From IMG/VR virus record IMGVR_UViG_3300023079_000003: a stretch of 64,000 nt of DNA, one strand, 5' to 3'. The notes below the pieces were generated by a model, which saw only the letters and a list, made by a program, of their open reading frames with translations, was not told where the DNA came from and ran no database searches. Source of the DNA: a virus. The translations under genes and the position numbers were made by a program. The first letter of the stretch is position 1. Each line of letters starts with the position of its first letter. Shown here in pieces: positions 62,783 to 64,000 of the stretch.

Positions 62783-63796
62783 GTGATCTTCATGGCACAG
62801 ACTCGACTCGACCTGGTCCGATCAGAGCAGGAGCACCGCTACCGGTGGCGTGGAGCCCACCGACCCGAGCCGCTGTTGCAGGGAACGGGCCAGCGCGCGG
62901 CGATGCTCGTCATCGTCACCGGCCTCCTGGCCACGCCGACCGTGTTCACGGTCCAGCTCACCGCCCGGCACAACCAGGAGGTCCGCGAGGACTCCCTGTC
63001 CGGGCTACGCCTTCCACAGCGACCTGAGGTGACCCTGCCGCCGATCGTGCCCTCCCCGACGATCCCGGTCCAGCCGGCACCCCCGGTCCGTCCGGCCATC
63101 CCACCGGACACACGGGCGGACACCCGGGAGGACAACCCGCCTGTCAGAAAACGTAAAGCCCCAGCTCAACCCCACCGCTTTACACCACCTGACAGGGACA
63201 CCCGGCAGGTCATCCGACCTGCCGTTCGGCAGGCCACCGAACCCCTCCGAACAGCACCGAACCTTGCCCGTCGGACAGTTGCGGACACCGTCGGACAGGT
63301 CGAGGAGATCCTCGGGCCGATCCGCCGGCAGGCCGCCCGCGTCCTCCCCGAACTCCCAGACCTGGGAGAAGCCGGGAGCAGCCTGGGAGCAAACCACCGG
63401 CGGGAGGAGGTGCCGTGCCGTCCGCGCTCGCACCGGGCCGGGCAGCACAGAAAAAGTGCCCACCCCCACGAGGGGGATGGGCACCACCGGAACCGCCGGT
63501 CAGATACCGCCGTGCACCGTCGCGTAGTACAGGAGCCACCCGCCGCCGGCGATCAGCACGGCCATCAGCAGGGCGAGAAGGCCGAGGGTGCGAAGGTTCG
63601 ACATGAGGGTCGACACCCACGACGTCATCGCGGCGTAGTGGTGCCGGGCACGCTCGACCGCGTACATGGCCTTGATCATCTGCCGGTTGAACGCCCACGA
63701 CGAAACGAACCCGACCACCACACCAACAGCGATCATCCACAGGTCTCGGGTCGTCATGACTCGACCTCCCGGTCCGGGAAGATCCGCAGCTCGTAA
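62783..63796 (+). CDS. Possible single-TM Pro-rich protein; the 3' third overlaps a convergent gene and is doubtful
   Basis: MLVIVTGLLATPTVFTV TM followed by a Pro-rich tract; GC3 bias only in the 5' part. Confidence 0.4.
   Translation: MIFMAQTRLDLVRSEQEHRYRWRGAHRPEPLLQGTGQRAAMLVIVTGLLATPTVFTVQLTARHNQEVREDSLSGLRLPQRPEVTLPPIVPSPTIPVQPAPPVRPAIPPDTRADTREDNPPVRKRKAPAQPHRFTPPDRDTRQVIRPAVRQATEPLRTAPNLARRTVADTVGQVEEILGPIRRQAARVLPELPDLGEAGSSLGANHRREEVPCRPRSHRAGQHRKSAHPHEGDGHHRNRRSDTAVHRRVVQEPPAAGDQHGHQQGEKAEGAKVRHEGRHPRRHRGVVVPGTLDRVHGLDHLPVERPRRNEPDHHTNSDHPQVSGRHDSTSRSGKIRSS
63451..63484 (-). terminator. Intrinsic terminator of the leftward genes
   Basis: GTGCCCA-TCCCCC...GGGGG-TGGGCAC followed by TTTTT on the minus strand. 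Confidence 0.7.
63500..63757 (-). CDS. Membrane protein (2 TM)
   Basis: GGAGG RBS; two hydrophobic segments. Confidence 0.75.
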   Translation of the reverse strand: MTTRDLWMIAVGVVVGFVSSWAFNRQMIKAMYAVERARHHYAAMTSWVSTLMSNLRTLGLLALLMAVLIAGGGWLLYYATVHGGI

Positions 63797-63996
63797 TCGC
63801 CGAGCAGTGCCGGGCGGACGTTCAGCTCAGCCCACGTCCACAACCAGGAGCGCACCCGGTACGCCTGCCCGTGCACCCACACCTCAGCCCAACCATCCCG
63901 AAGCCGGAACGGCCCGGACCCGCCCACCCCATCAGGGAGGGGCCGGGCCAGCCGGCGCACCGCCAACCGGTCGACCACCGACCAGCCGGGCCGCAC
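63754..63996 (-). CDS. Hypothetical protein; may extend past the window
   Basis: Coupled to the downstream gene (ATGA). Confidence 0.55.
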   Translation of the reverse strand: MRPGWSVVDRLAVRRLARPLPDGVGGSGPFRLRDGWAEVWVHGQAYRVRSWLWTWAELNVRPALLGDYELRIFPDREVES

Positions 63997-64000
63997 GGCA

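Noticed and set aside
62527-62793. Minus-strand ORFs 62527..62793 and 62574..62771
   Set aside because: They span the leaderless promoter and the divergent intergenic region, and composition is not protein-like.

Overview
High-GC, long-tailed (siphovirus-like) actinobacteriophage or prophage genome segment, almost all on the + strand. 1-17.3 kb: about 45 small, translationally coupled accessory genes, including a MazG-like protein, DUF1643, an XRE HTH, a GH26-like hydrolase, a GNAT-like protein next to an AdoMet decarboxylase, a globin-domain protein and an HNH. 17.3-27.0 kb: an 11-gene operon with its own promoter (ParB, cupin, DegT aminotransferase, inositol-3-phosphate synthase, GT25, SAM methyltransferase, two PP-loop/PAPS-reductase proteins, a Zn finger, an IbrB-like ParB, aldehyde dehydrogenase) that runs straight into the terminase genes. 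This is the best candidate for an undescribed system: an aminocyclitol-based DNA or virion modification. 27-58.5 kb: packaging, head, tail and lysis genes, interrupted by a reverse-strand island and an atypical antisense tRNA-like gene. 58.7-64 kb: terminator/promoter-bounded morons, including a secreted I36-family inhibitor and a metacaspase. No integrase, replication genes or CRISPR array were seen in this window. All family calls come from visual motif recognition, not database searches, and many start codons were re-picked using overlap and RBS logic.
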